A stretch of 64,000 nucleotides of DNA, from contig CAVUEQ010000001.1 in assembly GCA_963740635.1 (NCBI GenBank), positions 657,026 through 721,025 on the forward strand. Reading direction: 5' to 3'. The stretch is from an uncultured bacterium. GTDB taxonomy: Bacteria > Patescibacteriota > Saccharimonadia > UBA4664. The notes below the pieces were generated by a model, which searched no databases, was not told the origin of the DNA, and was given only the letters and a program-made list of their open reading frames with translations. The position numbers were made by a program, and so were the translations under genes. Of this stretch, positions 52,617-60,986 are shown one piece after another; the first letter of the stretch is position 1, and every line of letters begins with the position of its first letter.

Positions 52617-55600
52617 CTAGGCCTTCACCACGAAGTTGACTAGCTTGCGGGGAACCACGATGGTTTTGACGATTTTGCCTTCGGCCAGGTATTTGGCCAC
52701 CTTGGCGTCGGCTTTGGCGGCCTCGGTGAGCTCGGCCTCGGAGGCGTCGGCGGCGAGCACCAGGTTAGCCCGCACCCGGCCGTTGACCTGCACCACTACG
52801 GTAACGAGGTCGTCTTTGATGAGTTCGGGGTCGTATTTGGGCCAGCCGGCCACGTGGATGCTCTCTTCATTGCCAAGGTCGCGCCACAGTTCTTCGGCGA
52901 CGTGGGGCGTGATGGGCGCCAGCAGCAGGAGCAGAGTGCGGACGGTTTCTTGGGCGAGGCCGCTGTAGCTGGGGTCGGTAAGGTGCTGGTGGATGCGAGG
53001 GCTGGTGAGGAAATTGACGTATTCCATCAGGGTGCTGACGGCGGTATTGAAACGCATGTCGTGGAGGTCGTCGTGGATTTTCTTGATGGTTTTGTGGGTG
53101 AAGCGACTGACCTCCGTGGCGATTTCGGCGGTGTTGGGCGCGGATTCGCGGCTGGGGTCGTGCCGATTGGCGATGAGGTCGTGGGCCAGCGTCCACACCT
53201 TATACACGAAACGGCTGGAGCCGGCCAGGCGCTCGGCGGACCAGGGGGTGGTTTCGTCGTAGGGCGCCATGAAGAGGATGTACAGGCGCAGGGTGTCGGC
53301 GCCGTGGGTGGCGATGATGTCGGTGGGGTTGATGACGTTGCCCAGCGATTTGCTCATTTTGCGGCCGTCCGAAGCCAAGACTATGCCTTGGCCGCGGCGG
53401 GCGGTGTAGGGTTCGGGGGTGGGGACGAGGCCTTGGTCGTAGAAGAATTGGTGCCAGAAACGCGAGTAAAGCAGGTGGAGCGTGGTGTGCTCCATGCCGC
53501 CGAGGTAGAGGTCGACTGGGCCCCAGTACTTCATGGCTTCGGGGTCGGCGAAGGCCGCGGAGTTGTGCGGGTCGGCGTAGCGCAGATAATACCAGCTGGA
53601 ACCGGCCCAGTTGGGCATGGTGTCGGTCTCTCGTGTGGCCGGGCCGCCGCACTTGGGGCAAGTGGTGTTGACCCACTCGTCTACTTTGGCCAGGGGCGAC
53701 TCCCCCGTTTCGGTTGGTTCATAATGCTTGACGTCGGGCAGCCTCACCGGAAGCTCGGAGTCGGGGACAGGGATAGCTTTCGTCAGCAACGTCACGTGCC
53801 ACGCAACCAGGCCGTACTTCTTAATCTTTTCGCCGTATTCGGGTCGATGATGCTCGTAATGCGCAGCCAGTTCTTCGCCATTCTTGAACGTATGCCCGAA
53901 AGCGGCTGTTACAGCGTCCTTGTCGGCGGCCAAGTCGTCGACAGTTTTGTAATGTCGCGACGTTTTGATCTCGGCATAAACGGTATCGCTGGCTGAAGTC
54001 AACTTGATGATCGAACTGGGCTGTATACCCGCATACTCAGGAATTGCTGCACGCGTCATAGCGGACTTGTCGCCCTGGACAAGCTCCTGGAAACTGCTCG
54101 GATCCGCAAAATCGACTTCGGGAGCACCCGAGAATTTTGACGCGTCGACACAGTGCGGGCAATGAATTATGGGAATCGGCTCGCCCCAGTAGTGCTGGCG
54201 GGAGAAAATCCAGTCGCGCAGTTTGTACTTCACCGACGGCTTCCCGGCGCCCTTTTTCTCCAGTGCGGCCACGATTGCTTTTTTGGCTTTATCCCCCTCC
54301 AGGCCGTCAAACTCGCCGGAATTTATCAATTTTCCGTAACCCGTGTATGCATCCGCTCCTTTGGGTGCGGTTACGACTTGGACAATGGGCAGGTGGAAAG
54401 TCTTGGCAAATTCGCCGTCGCGCTCGTCGTGGGCCGGGACGGCCATGATGGCGCCGGTGCCGTAGCTGCCGAGCACATAATCGGCTACCCAGACCGGGAT
54501 CAGTTCTCCGGTAAGCGGGTGGATGGCCTTCACGCCGGTGTCGAAGCCGGTTTTGGTTTTGTCGTCCTCCTGGCGCTGGAGCTCAGTTTCGGTGAGAGAT
54601 TTTTTGACATAGCGGCTCACTTTTTCATCTGGTTCCCACCCTGCCTTCATCCACCGGTCAGCGACCTCGGGAGAGACGACCAAAAAAGTAGCGCCGAAGA
54701 GCGTGTCCTGCCGAGTGGTGAATACTGTAAGCGGGTCCGACACCGCCTCGAGGACTGCTGGTTCTTGATCACCACAAAAGTGGCTTTCTTGCACTGTACC
54801 CGCGGTGACTTTGACGCCAAATTTCTGGGCCAGGAAGTCGGCGCGCTCAGACGGCACCGCATAATCTTCGCTGGCACGTAGGACCACCACTTCCTCGACG
54901 TTCCGCTTGATCGCAGCCCAGTCGAATGTCCAATCGTTTTTCCGTTCAAACGGACGCTCATTGTCTTTAAAGCCCGGCTGGGCGAAGCCGGCTACGAGCA
55001 CGAGTTTGCGGATCGGCGTTTGCAATTGTTCGACAACTTTTAAAGCGACCGGCGCCCCGAAGCTGTGACCCATGAGGACGGTATCTTTATTAAATGTGCA
55101 GTTCTTAAGCGCATAATCCGCTTGCTCGGTGATACTGGGGTCGTTGGTATTGGGCAGGTCTGGCGCTTCGACTTTGGACGTCTTAGAAAGTATTTTGCTG
55201 AGCCAAGGGAAAAAGACCTCGTTGCCCTTACCCGAGGAGCCATGGAGAAGGACGTAATTGCTGGCGAGACTGGCGACAGGGAACGTGATTTCGGCGCCAT
55301 CGGAGCGGCCGATCCAGTTGACCTGCTGGTCGGCGATGCGCGGCGGATAATCCACGGACCCCAGGCCGTCGATGAGGCGGTCGGCGTAGGCGGTGATATG
55401 CAGCATCCACTGTTTGAGCAGCTTCTTCTCGACCGGGGTGCCGCAGCGCTCATGACGCCCGTCCACGACTTCCTCGTTGGCCAGGCCGGTTTTCTCCTTT
55501 GGGCACCAGTTAATGGCCATCTCGGCCTGGTAGGCGAGCCCGGCCTCAAAGAATTTCAAAAACAGCCACTGGGTCCACTTGTAGTAATCGGGGTCGGTGG

Positions 55601-55982
55601 TGTTGACCTCGCGGTCCCAGTCGAAGCTGAAGCCCATGCCGTCGAACTGAGTGCGGAACGTGGCTACATTCTCAGCCGTAGCGTCCTGCGGGCGGATTTT
55701 GTGCTTAATGGCGTAATTTTCAGTGGGCAGGCCAAAGGCGTCGTAGCCCATCGGGTAGAGCACATTGAAACCCTGCATGCGCTTGTGGCGCGCCATGACG
55801 TCGCCGAGGGTGTACTCGCGGATGTGGCCGGCATGCAGACCCGCGCCCGACGGATACGGGAACTCGGTGAGCATGTAGTACTTCTCGCGGGTACGATCGC
55901 CCGTGACGGCGGCATACAATTTGGTATCGGCCCAAATTTTCTGCCACTTGGGCTCTATGCTTTTAGGGTCGTATTTCGTCAT
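52617..55982 (-). CDS. leuS: Leucyl-tRNA synthetase carrying two inserted domains
   Basis: The track ORF runs to 56015. The canonical N-terminus MTKYDPKSIEPKWQKIW begins at 55982. HAGH (HIGH) and KMSKS motifs are present. The CP1 motifs TTRQDT and AVPAHDERD are intact. Extra segments are at 54735-55274 and 53778-54149. Confidence 0.92.
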   Translation of the reverse strand: MTKYDPKSIEPKWQKIWADTKLYAAVTGDRTREKYYMLTEFPYPSGAGLHAGHIREYTLGDVMARHKRMQGFNVLYPMGYDAFGLPTENYAIKHKIRPQDATAENVATFRTQFDGMGFSFDWDREVNTTDPDYYKWTQWLFLKFFEAGLAYQAEMAINWCPKEKTGLANEEVVDGRHERCGTPVEKKLLKQWMLHITAYADRLIDGLGSVDYPPRIADQQVNWIGRSDGAEITFPVASLASNYVLLHGSSGKGNEVFFPWLSKILSKTSKVEAPDLPNTNDPSITEQADYALKNCTFNKDTVLMGHSFGAPVALKVVEQLQTPIRKLVLVAGFAQPGFKDNERPFERKNDWTFDWAAIKRNVEEVVVLRASEDYAVPSERADFLAQKFGVKVTAGTVQESHFCGDQEPAVLEAVSDPLTVFTTRQDTLFGATFLVVSPEVADRWMKAGWEPDEKVSRYVKKSLTETELQRQEDDKTKTGFDTGVKAIHPLTGELIPVWVADYVLGSYGTGAIMAVPAHDERDGEFAKTFHLPIVQVVTAPKGADAYTGYGKLINSGEFDGLEGDKAKKAIVAALEKKGAGKPSVKYKLRDWIFSRQHYWGEPIPIIHCPHCVDASKFSGAPEVDFADPSSFQELVQGDKSAMTRAAIPEYAGIQPSSIIKLTSASDTVYAEIKTSRHYKTVDDLAADKDAVTAAFGHTFKNGEELAAHYEHHRPEYGEKIKKYGLVAWHVTLLTKAIPVPDSELPVRLPDVKHYEPTETGESPLAKVDEWVNTTCPKCGGPATRETDTMPNWAGSSWYYLRYADPHNSAAFADPEAMKYWGPVDLYLGGMEHTTLHLLYSRFWHQFFYDQGLVPTPEPYTARRGQGIVLASDGRKMSKSLGNVINPTDIIATHGADTLRLYILFMAPYDETTPWSAERLAGSSRFVYKVWTLAHDLIANRHDPSRESAPNTAEIATEVSRFTHKTIKKIHDDLHDMRFNTAVSTLMEYVNFLTSPRIHQHLTDPSYSGLAQETVRTLLLLLAPITPHVAEELWRDLGNEESIHVAGWPKYDPELIKDDLVTVVVQVNGRVRANLVLAADASEAELTEAAKADAKVAKYLAEGKIVKTIVVPRKLVNFVVKA

Positions 55983-56305
55983 GCTGTGAACATTATACCG
56001 GCTGGTGTCAATCAACCAGCTGCCGTTTGAAGAATGCGACGGTGGCAGCGTTGATTTTGGCGAGCATGCGGACCAGGGCCATTCGGCTTCGCTAAGAATC
56101 CGGCAAGGTTTAGTCCCAAGTGCGTTGGAATAGAAATTTTTTCGCTCATATTCATGGATTTTAGCATTACTTATAAGAGAATGATGAGCTCTGAACGTAT
56201 TTTCCGTTTACACATACTGCAAGGGGTTACCGAATTCCGGACAGCTACAATTTTTTTGAGCTCAAATTGGACAGTGGTGTCCGGGTTTCGGTATAGTGCC
56301 TGGCT

Positions 56306-56614
56306 ATGAGTGTTCCGATGGTATCGACGAAATATTTTTTGCTGCTGGCGCTGGCCGTGGGACCGCAGCACGGGACGGCGATGCGCAAGCAAATGCTGGA
56401 TGATACTTTGGGGTATTGGGTTCGCGATAGTAGTTTATATGATTGCCTGAAAAGTATGCTAAGCGATGGTCTGATCGAGCAGATTAATGTGAGGGATCCG
56501 GTGCGCAAGGTGTACCGGCTGACCGACAAGGGCGAGCGCCTACTGGCGCTGGAAGTGCGGACCCACAAGCGGGCGGCGGAATTGGGGTGGCGCAGGCTTA
56601 AACTTCACCTTTGA
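56306..56614 (+). CDS. PadR-family transcriptional regulator
   Basis: 102-aa ORF: YFLLLALAVGPQHGTAMRKQM...LYDCLKSMLSDGLIE...KVYRLTDKGERLL. TATAGT lies 8 nt upstream, and the palindrome GGACA-N4-TGTCC overlaps the -35 region. Confidence 0.75.
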   Translation: MSVPMVSTKYFLLLALAVGPQHGTAMRKQMLDDTLGYWVRDSSLYDCLKSMLSDGLIEQINVRDPVRKVYRLTDKGERLLALEVRTHKRAAELGWRRLKLHL

Positions 56615-57914
56615 AATCGGGGAATTGCGCGGCCTTGGTGCGCAGCCAGCCCCGCGATTGGCGCACAAACTTAGAGATGTCGGCCGGGTCGCGCAGCAGG
56701 GGCTTGAGCGCCTCCTCGGCGAACACGCCGTTTTGCGAGCCCTTGGACAGCACGACGTCGCCGGGCGCGAGGAGCGCGGCCAGGAAAGCGCCGGCGGCAT
56801 AGGGCGAGTCGGCCGGCTTGAAGCGGCTGGGATCGAGGCCGGCGCGGACGGCGGCCGGACCGAGGTGCTTGCTGGCGAGCGCGCCGATAGTCACCAGCAG
56901 GTCCACGCCCGCGGCGGCCTCCCCCACCTGCTCGTGGTAGCGCGGCGCATCGGGCCCGAGCTCGTTCATGGAGCCCATAATGGCGATGCGCCGGCCGCTG
57001 GCAGGGGCGGCCTCGAGCGCGCGCAGGGCCGCGATGGCCGCCTCGGGGCTGGAATTGTAGGTGTCGTCGATGAGCATGGAGCCGTTTATCCCCGCAAGCG
57101 GGTTCATGCGGCCGCTCACCGGTTTCAATCCCGCCAGCCCCGCCGCGATCTGGGCAGTCGTGAGGCCCATGAGATCTGCCACAGCATATGCGGCGGCCGC
57201 CGCTTTGGCGCTGTGCTGCCCAAATAGCGGCAGACTCAAATGCTTGAGCGTGGTGTGACCTTCGTGAGACAGAGTGGCAGTAGTGCCATTCTCGGGGTCG
57301 GTGGCGGCCACGGTGAGGCCGTATTCCGGCTCACTTCCTAGGCCGTAGTAGTGGTGGTTCGGATGCGGGTCGAGGTATTTATGGCGGTATTTGGCCGGAA
57401 TTTCGTCGTAATTGGCCACAAACACTTTCGAGCCGCCGGCCAGTGCCAGCTCCTCAGCGGCCAATTGGTCCATACCGCCAGGAAAATTCTCCATGTGCTC
57501 AGCTGTGAGAGCCGTGATGACGCTAATGTCCGGCGACAGGTAGCGCAGGTAGCGCGGGATTTCGCCGGGGTGGTCGGTGCCGAGCTCCAGCACCAGCACC
57601 TGCGGGCGGTAACGGCTGAGGATAATAAATTCGCTGCGAAGAAGTTTCCAGGCCCAGGCGAACGGATTAAACAGTGAACCGGGCACAGACATTGCAAATA
57701 CCGACAGCGGGAGCCCGATTTCGGAATTATACCCCAGCTCGATAATGCTTTGGGTCCGGAATTTCTCGCGCAACACGGTGGCGATGGCCAGGCGGGTACC
57801 GGTTTTGCCGACGCTACCACCGACCGCTACCACCCGCGGCTTGTGCCGGGCAATTAACCGGCGGACCTGGTTTTCGAAGAGGCGGGCAACGAAGCGCCGA
57901 AAAACGGATTTCAT
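56598..57914 (-). CDS. murF: Mur ligase, most likely UDP-MurNAc-tripeptide--D-Ala-D-Ala ligase
   Basis: 438-aa ORF: VAVGGSVGKTGT, Mur ligase middle and C-terminal domains. Confidence 0.7.
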   Translation of the reverse strand: MKSVFRRFVARLFENQVRRLIARHKPRVVAVGGSVGKTGTRLAIATVLREKFRTQSIIELGYNSEIGLPLSVFAMSVPGSLFNPFAWAWKLLRSEFIILSRYRPQVLVLELGTDHPGEIPRYLRYLSPDISVITALTAEHMENFPGGMDQLAAEELALAGGSKVFVANYDEIPAKYRHKYLDPHPNHHYYGLGSEPEYGLTVAATDPENGTTATLSHEGHTTLKHLSLPLFGQHSAKAAAAAYAVADLMGLTTAQIAAGLAGLKPVSGRMNPLAGINGSMLIDDTYNSSPEAAIAALRALEAAPASGRRIAIMGSMNELGPDAPRYHEQVGEAAAGVDLLVTIGALASKHLGPAAVRAGLDPSRFKPADSPYAAGAFLAALLAPGDVVLSKGSQNGVFAEEALKPLLRDPADISKFVRQSRGWLRTKAAQFPDFKGEV

Positions 57915-57955
57915 ATAGGCATGATAACACCGCGTGGCCGTGCTAGAATTCCCTT
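57915..57955. promoter_or_regulatory. 41-bp divergent intergenic region with back-to-back extended -10 boxes, each 6 nt from its ATG
   Basis: Minus strand: TGTTATCAT-GCCTAT-ATG (murF). Plus strand: TGCTAGAAT-TCCCTT-ATG (murA). No SD on either side. Confidence 0.6.
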
Positions 57956-59260
57956 ATGATTAATACACTGAAAATCCGGGGCGGCCGGAGCCTGAGCGGC
58001 CGTGTGCGCGTGGCCGGAGCCAAAAACGCCGCCTCCAAAATGATGATCGCCAGCCTCCTGACCGATGACGAGGTGATCTTAAGTAACTGCCCGCAGATCG
58101 ATGAACTGGCGATCACCGCGGAGATTTGCGCGGCGGTGGGCATGCATGTGCAGCGTGACGGCCACCGCGCCATTTTGCATACCCCCGAAATCACGAGCCG
58201 GAGGGTGGCCAAAATGACGCGCAGTAACCGCATCTCGATCCTGGCGCTGGCGCCGCTGCTGCACCGGGCGGGCGAGGCGGATGTGCCGCTGGTGAAAGGC
58301 GACGCCATTGGACCGCGCCCGGTCAACTTCCACTTGAGCGCGCTGCAACAGATGGGTGCCATAATTGAGGAAACCGACGGTACCTACCGGGCCACCGCGC
58401 CCAAGGGAGGATTGCACGGCGCCGCCATCACCCTCCCCTACCCCAGCGTGATGGCGACCGAGACCGTGATGTTGGCGGGGGTGTTGGCCAAAGGGCGCAC
58501 GCGCATCGACAACTGTGCGCTGGAGCCGGAAATCAGCGACCTGGTGAAATTCCTGCAGCAGATGGGCGCGATTATAGAGTTTGGCGCCGGGCGGACCATT
58601 ACGATTGATGGCGTAAAAAAGCTTCACGGAGCCAAATTCAGCGTGATGCCAGACCGGCTGGAAGCGGCCTCCTGGGCCAACGTGGCGCTGGCCACCGGCG
58701 GCGAGATTATCGTCGAAGACGCCCGCCAGGCCGACATGGTGACGTTTTTGAACACCGTGCGGCGCATTGGCGGCGACTACGAGGTGCTGCCCGAGGGCAT
58801 CCGCTTCCGGCGGGGTACCGCGGGGCTTACGGGCATTGAGCTCGAGACCGACACCTACCCCGGGTTTGCTACCGACTGGCAGCAGCCGACGGTGGTGACA
58901 TTGACGCAGGCAAGCGGTATATCGGTGGTGCATGAGACAGTGTATGAAGACCGGTTCGGGTACACCGAGGACCTCAAGCGCATGGGGGCGGACATTGGCG
59001 TGTTTGCCAAATGCCTGGGTGAGCTGCCGTGCCGGTTCCGCAACCATTCCCAGCGGCACTCGGCGGTGATAATCGGGCCGAAACAATTGCATGGAGCGGA
59101 GGTTGATATTCCGGATATCCGCGCGGGCATGGCGCAAGTGATCGCGGCGCTGGTGGCGGAGGGCGAGAGCACGCTCACGGGGGTGCACCACCTGGAGCGG
59201 GGCTACGAGCAATTGTGGGACAAGCTAACGGCCATGGGCGCTGATTTCGAGATCGAGTAG
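57956..59260 (+). CDS. murA: UDP-N-acetylglucosamine 1-carboxyvinyltransferase
   Basis: 434-aa ORF: L.I.GG..L.G.V.V.GAKNAA... and an EPSP-synthase fold pattern. Confidence 0.92.
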   Translation: MINTLKIRGGRSLSGRVRVAGAKNAASKMMIASLLTDDEVILSNCPQIDELAITAEICAAVGMHVQRDGHRAILHTPEITSRRVAKMTRSNRISILALAPLLHRAGEADVPLVKGDAIGPRPVNFHLSALQQMGAIIEETDGTYRATAPKGGLHGAAITLPYPSVMATETVMLAGVLAKGRTRIDNCALEPEISDLVKFLQQMGAIIEFGAGRTITIDGVKKLHGAKFSVMPDRLEAASWANVALATGGEIIVEDARQADMVTFLNTVRRIGGDYEVLPEGIRFRRGTAGLTGIELETDTYPGFATDWQQPTVVTLTQASGISVVHETVYEDRFGYTEDLKRMGADIGVFAKCLGELPCRFRNHSQRHSAVIIGPKQLHGAEVDIPDIRAGMAQVIAALVAEGESTLTGVHHLERGYEQLWDKLTAMGADFEIE

Positions 59261-59632
59261 TACACGCTGGAGGTCAAAGTCGACGGATTGCGGCTCGCCG
59301 AAGCCGGCGTTTTTCATTATTTCGACGGCGTGGTTTAGGCGAATGAATTCTTCTCTTAATCTAAGGTGTCCGTGTGGCGTGAGACCGTAAATGAGTCTCG
59401 GTTTGTTTTGTTTGCCTACTGGGCGTTTATCGACAAGCTCAATTAGGGCTTCGTTTTCGAGTTTTTCGGCTGCCAAGTATATTTTTTCCGTCCTGACATT
59501 GAGACTACCAAGAGAATCTTTCCAGATTACACTTTTAAGGGCATACCGGTGCAACTCTCTCTTGCTCAAGGCAAGAAGAATATAGAATTCCACTGCCCGC
59601 ATTGGCCGGGATAAATTCGGAAAAGGATACAT
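59225..59632 (-). CDS. PadR-like winged-helix regulator (tentative)
   Basis: 135-aa ORF: VEFYILLALSKRELHRYAL...KIYLAAEKLENEALIE...LIYGLTPHG. Low GC. Its 3' end overlaps murA by 36 nt. Confidence 0.5.
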   Translation of the reverse strand: MYPFPNLSRPMRAVEFYILLALSKRELHRYALKSVIWKDSLGSLNVRTEKIYLAAEKLENEALIELVDKRPVGKQNKPRLIYGLTPHGHLRLREEFIRLNHAVEIMKNAGFGEPQSVDFDLQRVLLDLEISAHGR

Positions 59633-59667
59633 AAATCAGAATATTACTCCCCTTTTAGCTATTAGCC

Positions 59668-59702
59668 AAAAAGGGAATACTTTTGCGAAAAAGGTATTCC
59701 CC
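59668..59702 (-). terminator. Intrinsic terminator downstream of the Ala-rich secreted protein gene
   Basis: The minus strand reads GGGAATAC-N13-GTATTCCC followed by TTTTT. Confidence 0.65.
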
Positions 59703-59763
59703 CTCGAGGAGGTCGCTGAGCCAACGCTGGCTCGGGCGCAAACGCACCCAGCCCCGGGTATGA

Positions 59764-60609
59764 CTACGGTGTGGCCGTTGGTGTGGGGCTCACGGTCGGC
59801 GAGGGATTGGCGCTGACGCCCAGGGCGGCTTTGAGCTTGGCGAGGGCGTCCTTGATAGCGGCCTTGAAGGTGGCATTGGCGGCGTCGACGGCGGCGCGGC
59901 GGGCGGCCTTGAGGGTGTCGAGGTTGGGGCCGACCTTGGCCGAGGACTTGCGGGCCGTCTCCAAGTTGGCGCGGGCGGTGTCGAGGGCGGTCTTGAGCGC
60001 GGTGCGCACAGTGGCTGGGGGCATGCCGGCGGCGCAGCTGGCCTTGGCGGCGGCCAGGGCATTGGCAACTGCGGTCTTATAGGCCGTGGCCGCGGCCTTG
60101 AGGTCGGCCTGGCGGGCGACCACGGCGGCCTGCAAGCCGGCCTTGAAGTCGGCGTTGGCCTTGTCGACGGCGGCGCGGCGGGCGGCTACAGCGGCCAGCA
60201 CGGCGGCCTTAAAGTCGGCCGCAGCGGCCTTCTGGGCGTCGGTGGTGGCCTTGGCGTCTAGCTCGGTAAATTTACTGCCTAGCTTGGAGTCGGCATCGGT
60301 GCGGCCGGCGGCAATTTTGGTTTTAACATCAGCAAAGTCGCTGTCAATTTTACCCTTGCGGGCGGCAAAATCGTTGCTGAGCTGAGTGAAGCGGCTGGTG
60401 GTCTCGGTGCTAACCGTGCCGGTGGCGTCGGAAAAGCGCGAGCAAAATTGGGCGCCTTCGAGCTTGACCTTGGCCTGTGCTTCGCCAAGCGGACGAACTG
60501 AGGGTGAGGGCTTGGGGCTCTGCGAATTGCCGTCCTCGGCCAAAACCAGGCTGGGGACGAGCATGGTACCGGACAAAAACACCAGGAAGAATCTAGTAAG
60601 CGCTGGCAC
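59764..60609 (-). CDS. Secreted Ala/Lys-rich repetitive helical protein
   Basis: Signal peptide MPALTRFFLVFLSGTMLVPSLVLA. Repeated A..FKAA / AA.DKANADFKAGL units. Confidence 0.6.
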   Translation of the reverse strand: MPALTRFFLVFLSGTMLVPSLVLAEDGNSQSPKPSPSVRPLGEAQAKVKLEGAQFCSRFSDATGTVSTETTSRFTQLSNDFAARKGKIDSDFADVKTKIAAGRTDADSKLGSKFTELDAKATTDAQKAAAADFKAAVLAAVAARRAAVDKANADFKAGLQAAVVARQADLKAAATAYKTAVANALAAAKASCAAGMPPATVRTALKTALDTARANLETARKSSAKVGPNLDTLKAARRAAVDAANATFKAAIKDALAKLKAALGVSANPSPTVSPTPTATP

Positions 60610-60913
60610 TGCTTGACCCTCCCAAGTTGGTTACGTCGACGTCGGCTTCAGTGAGCTGGTCGGCGGCGCTTTCGGCGCTGGTACTGAGGCTGGCGTCGTC
60701 GGCGGCACTGGTTTCGGTGATGGCCGCGGCCGAGTTAGCCGCACTCACCGCGCTATTCGCCGCCGGCGCCGGCGCGCTCGGAGTTGTGGCGGCCGGACTG
60801 TGCTGGCTCGATTGGTACAGGGCCAGGCCGACGAGGGCAAGCACGGCGGCTACCAGTACCAACTCGAGAAGCATGGCCACGCCACGCTGATCGTGTAAGT
60901 AATTCTGCTTCAT
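60593..60913 (-). CDS. Small N-terminally anchored Ala/Ser-rich protein, possibly pilin-like
   Basis: QRG-VAMLLELVLVAAVLALVGLALY resembles a prepilin leader, but the Glu is at +6 rather than +5. Confidence 0.4.
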   Translation of the reverse strand: MKQNYLHDQRGVAMLLELVLVAAVLALVGLALYQSSQHSPAATTPSAPAPAANSAVSAANSAAAITETSAADDASLSTSAESAADQLTEADVDVTNLGGSSSASAY

Positions 60914-60986
60914 GATGTTTTTTGTTTTTACCCTTAATGTGCGTTCATTATTGCACTTATGCTTGGGGTGTCAAGTGCCATACGCC

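Noticed and set aside
53778-55274. Inteins as the explanation for the two LeuS insertions.
   Set aside because: The boundaries lack an N-terminal Cys/Ser, a C-terminal His-Asn and a +1 Cys/Ser/Thr. No homing-endonuclease or Hint-block motifs are present. Instead, the sequences carry hydrolase-like and ASCH-like features.
55983-56305. T-box or other leader element upstream of leuS.
   Set aside because: No T-box consensus (AGAGA, GGUGGUACCGCG-type) is present. A -10-like TATAAT sits only 9 nt from the preferred ATG, leaving no room for a leader. The rest of the spacer is AT-rich promoter-type DNA shared with padR.
60593-60913. Calling the 106-aa protein a type IV pilin.
   Set aside because: The leader QRG-VAMLLE places the conserved Glu at +6 instead of +5, and no pilus assembly genes are in the window. 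It is kept only as 'possibly pilin-like'.
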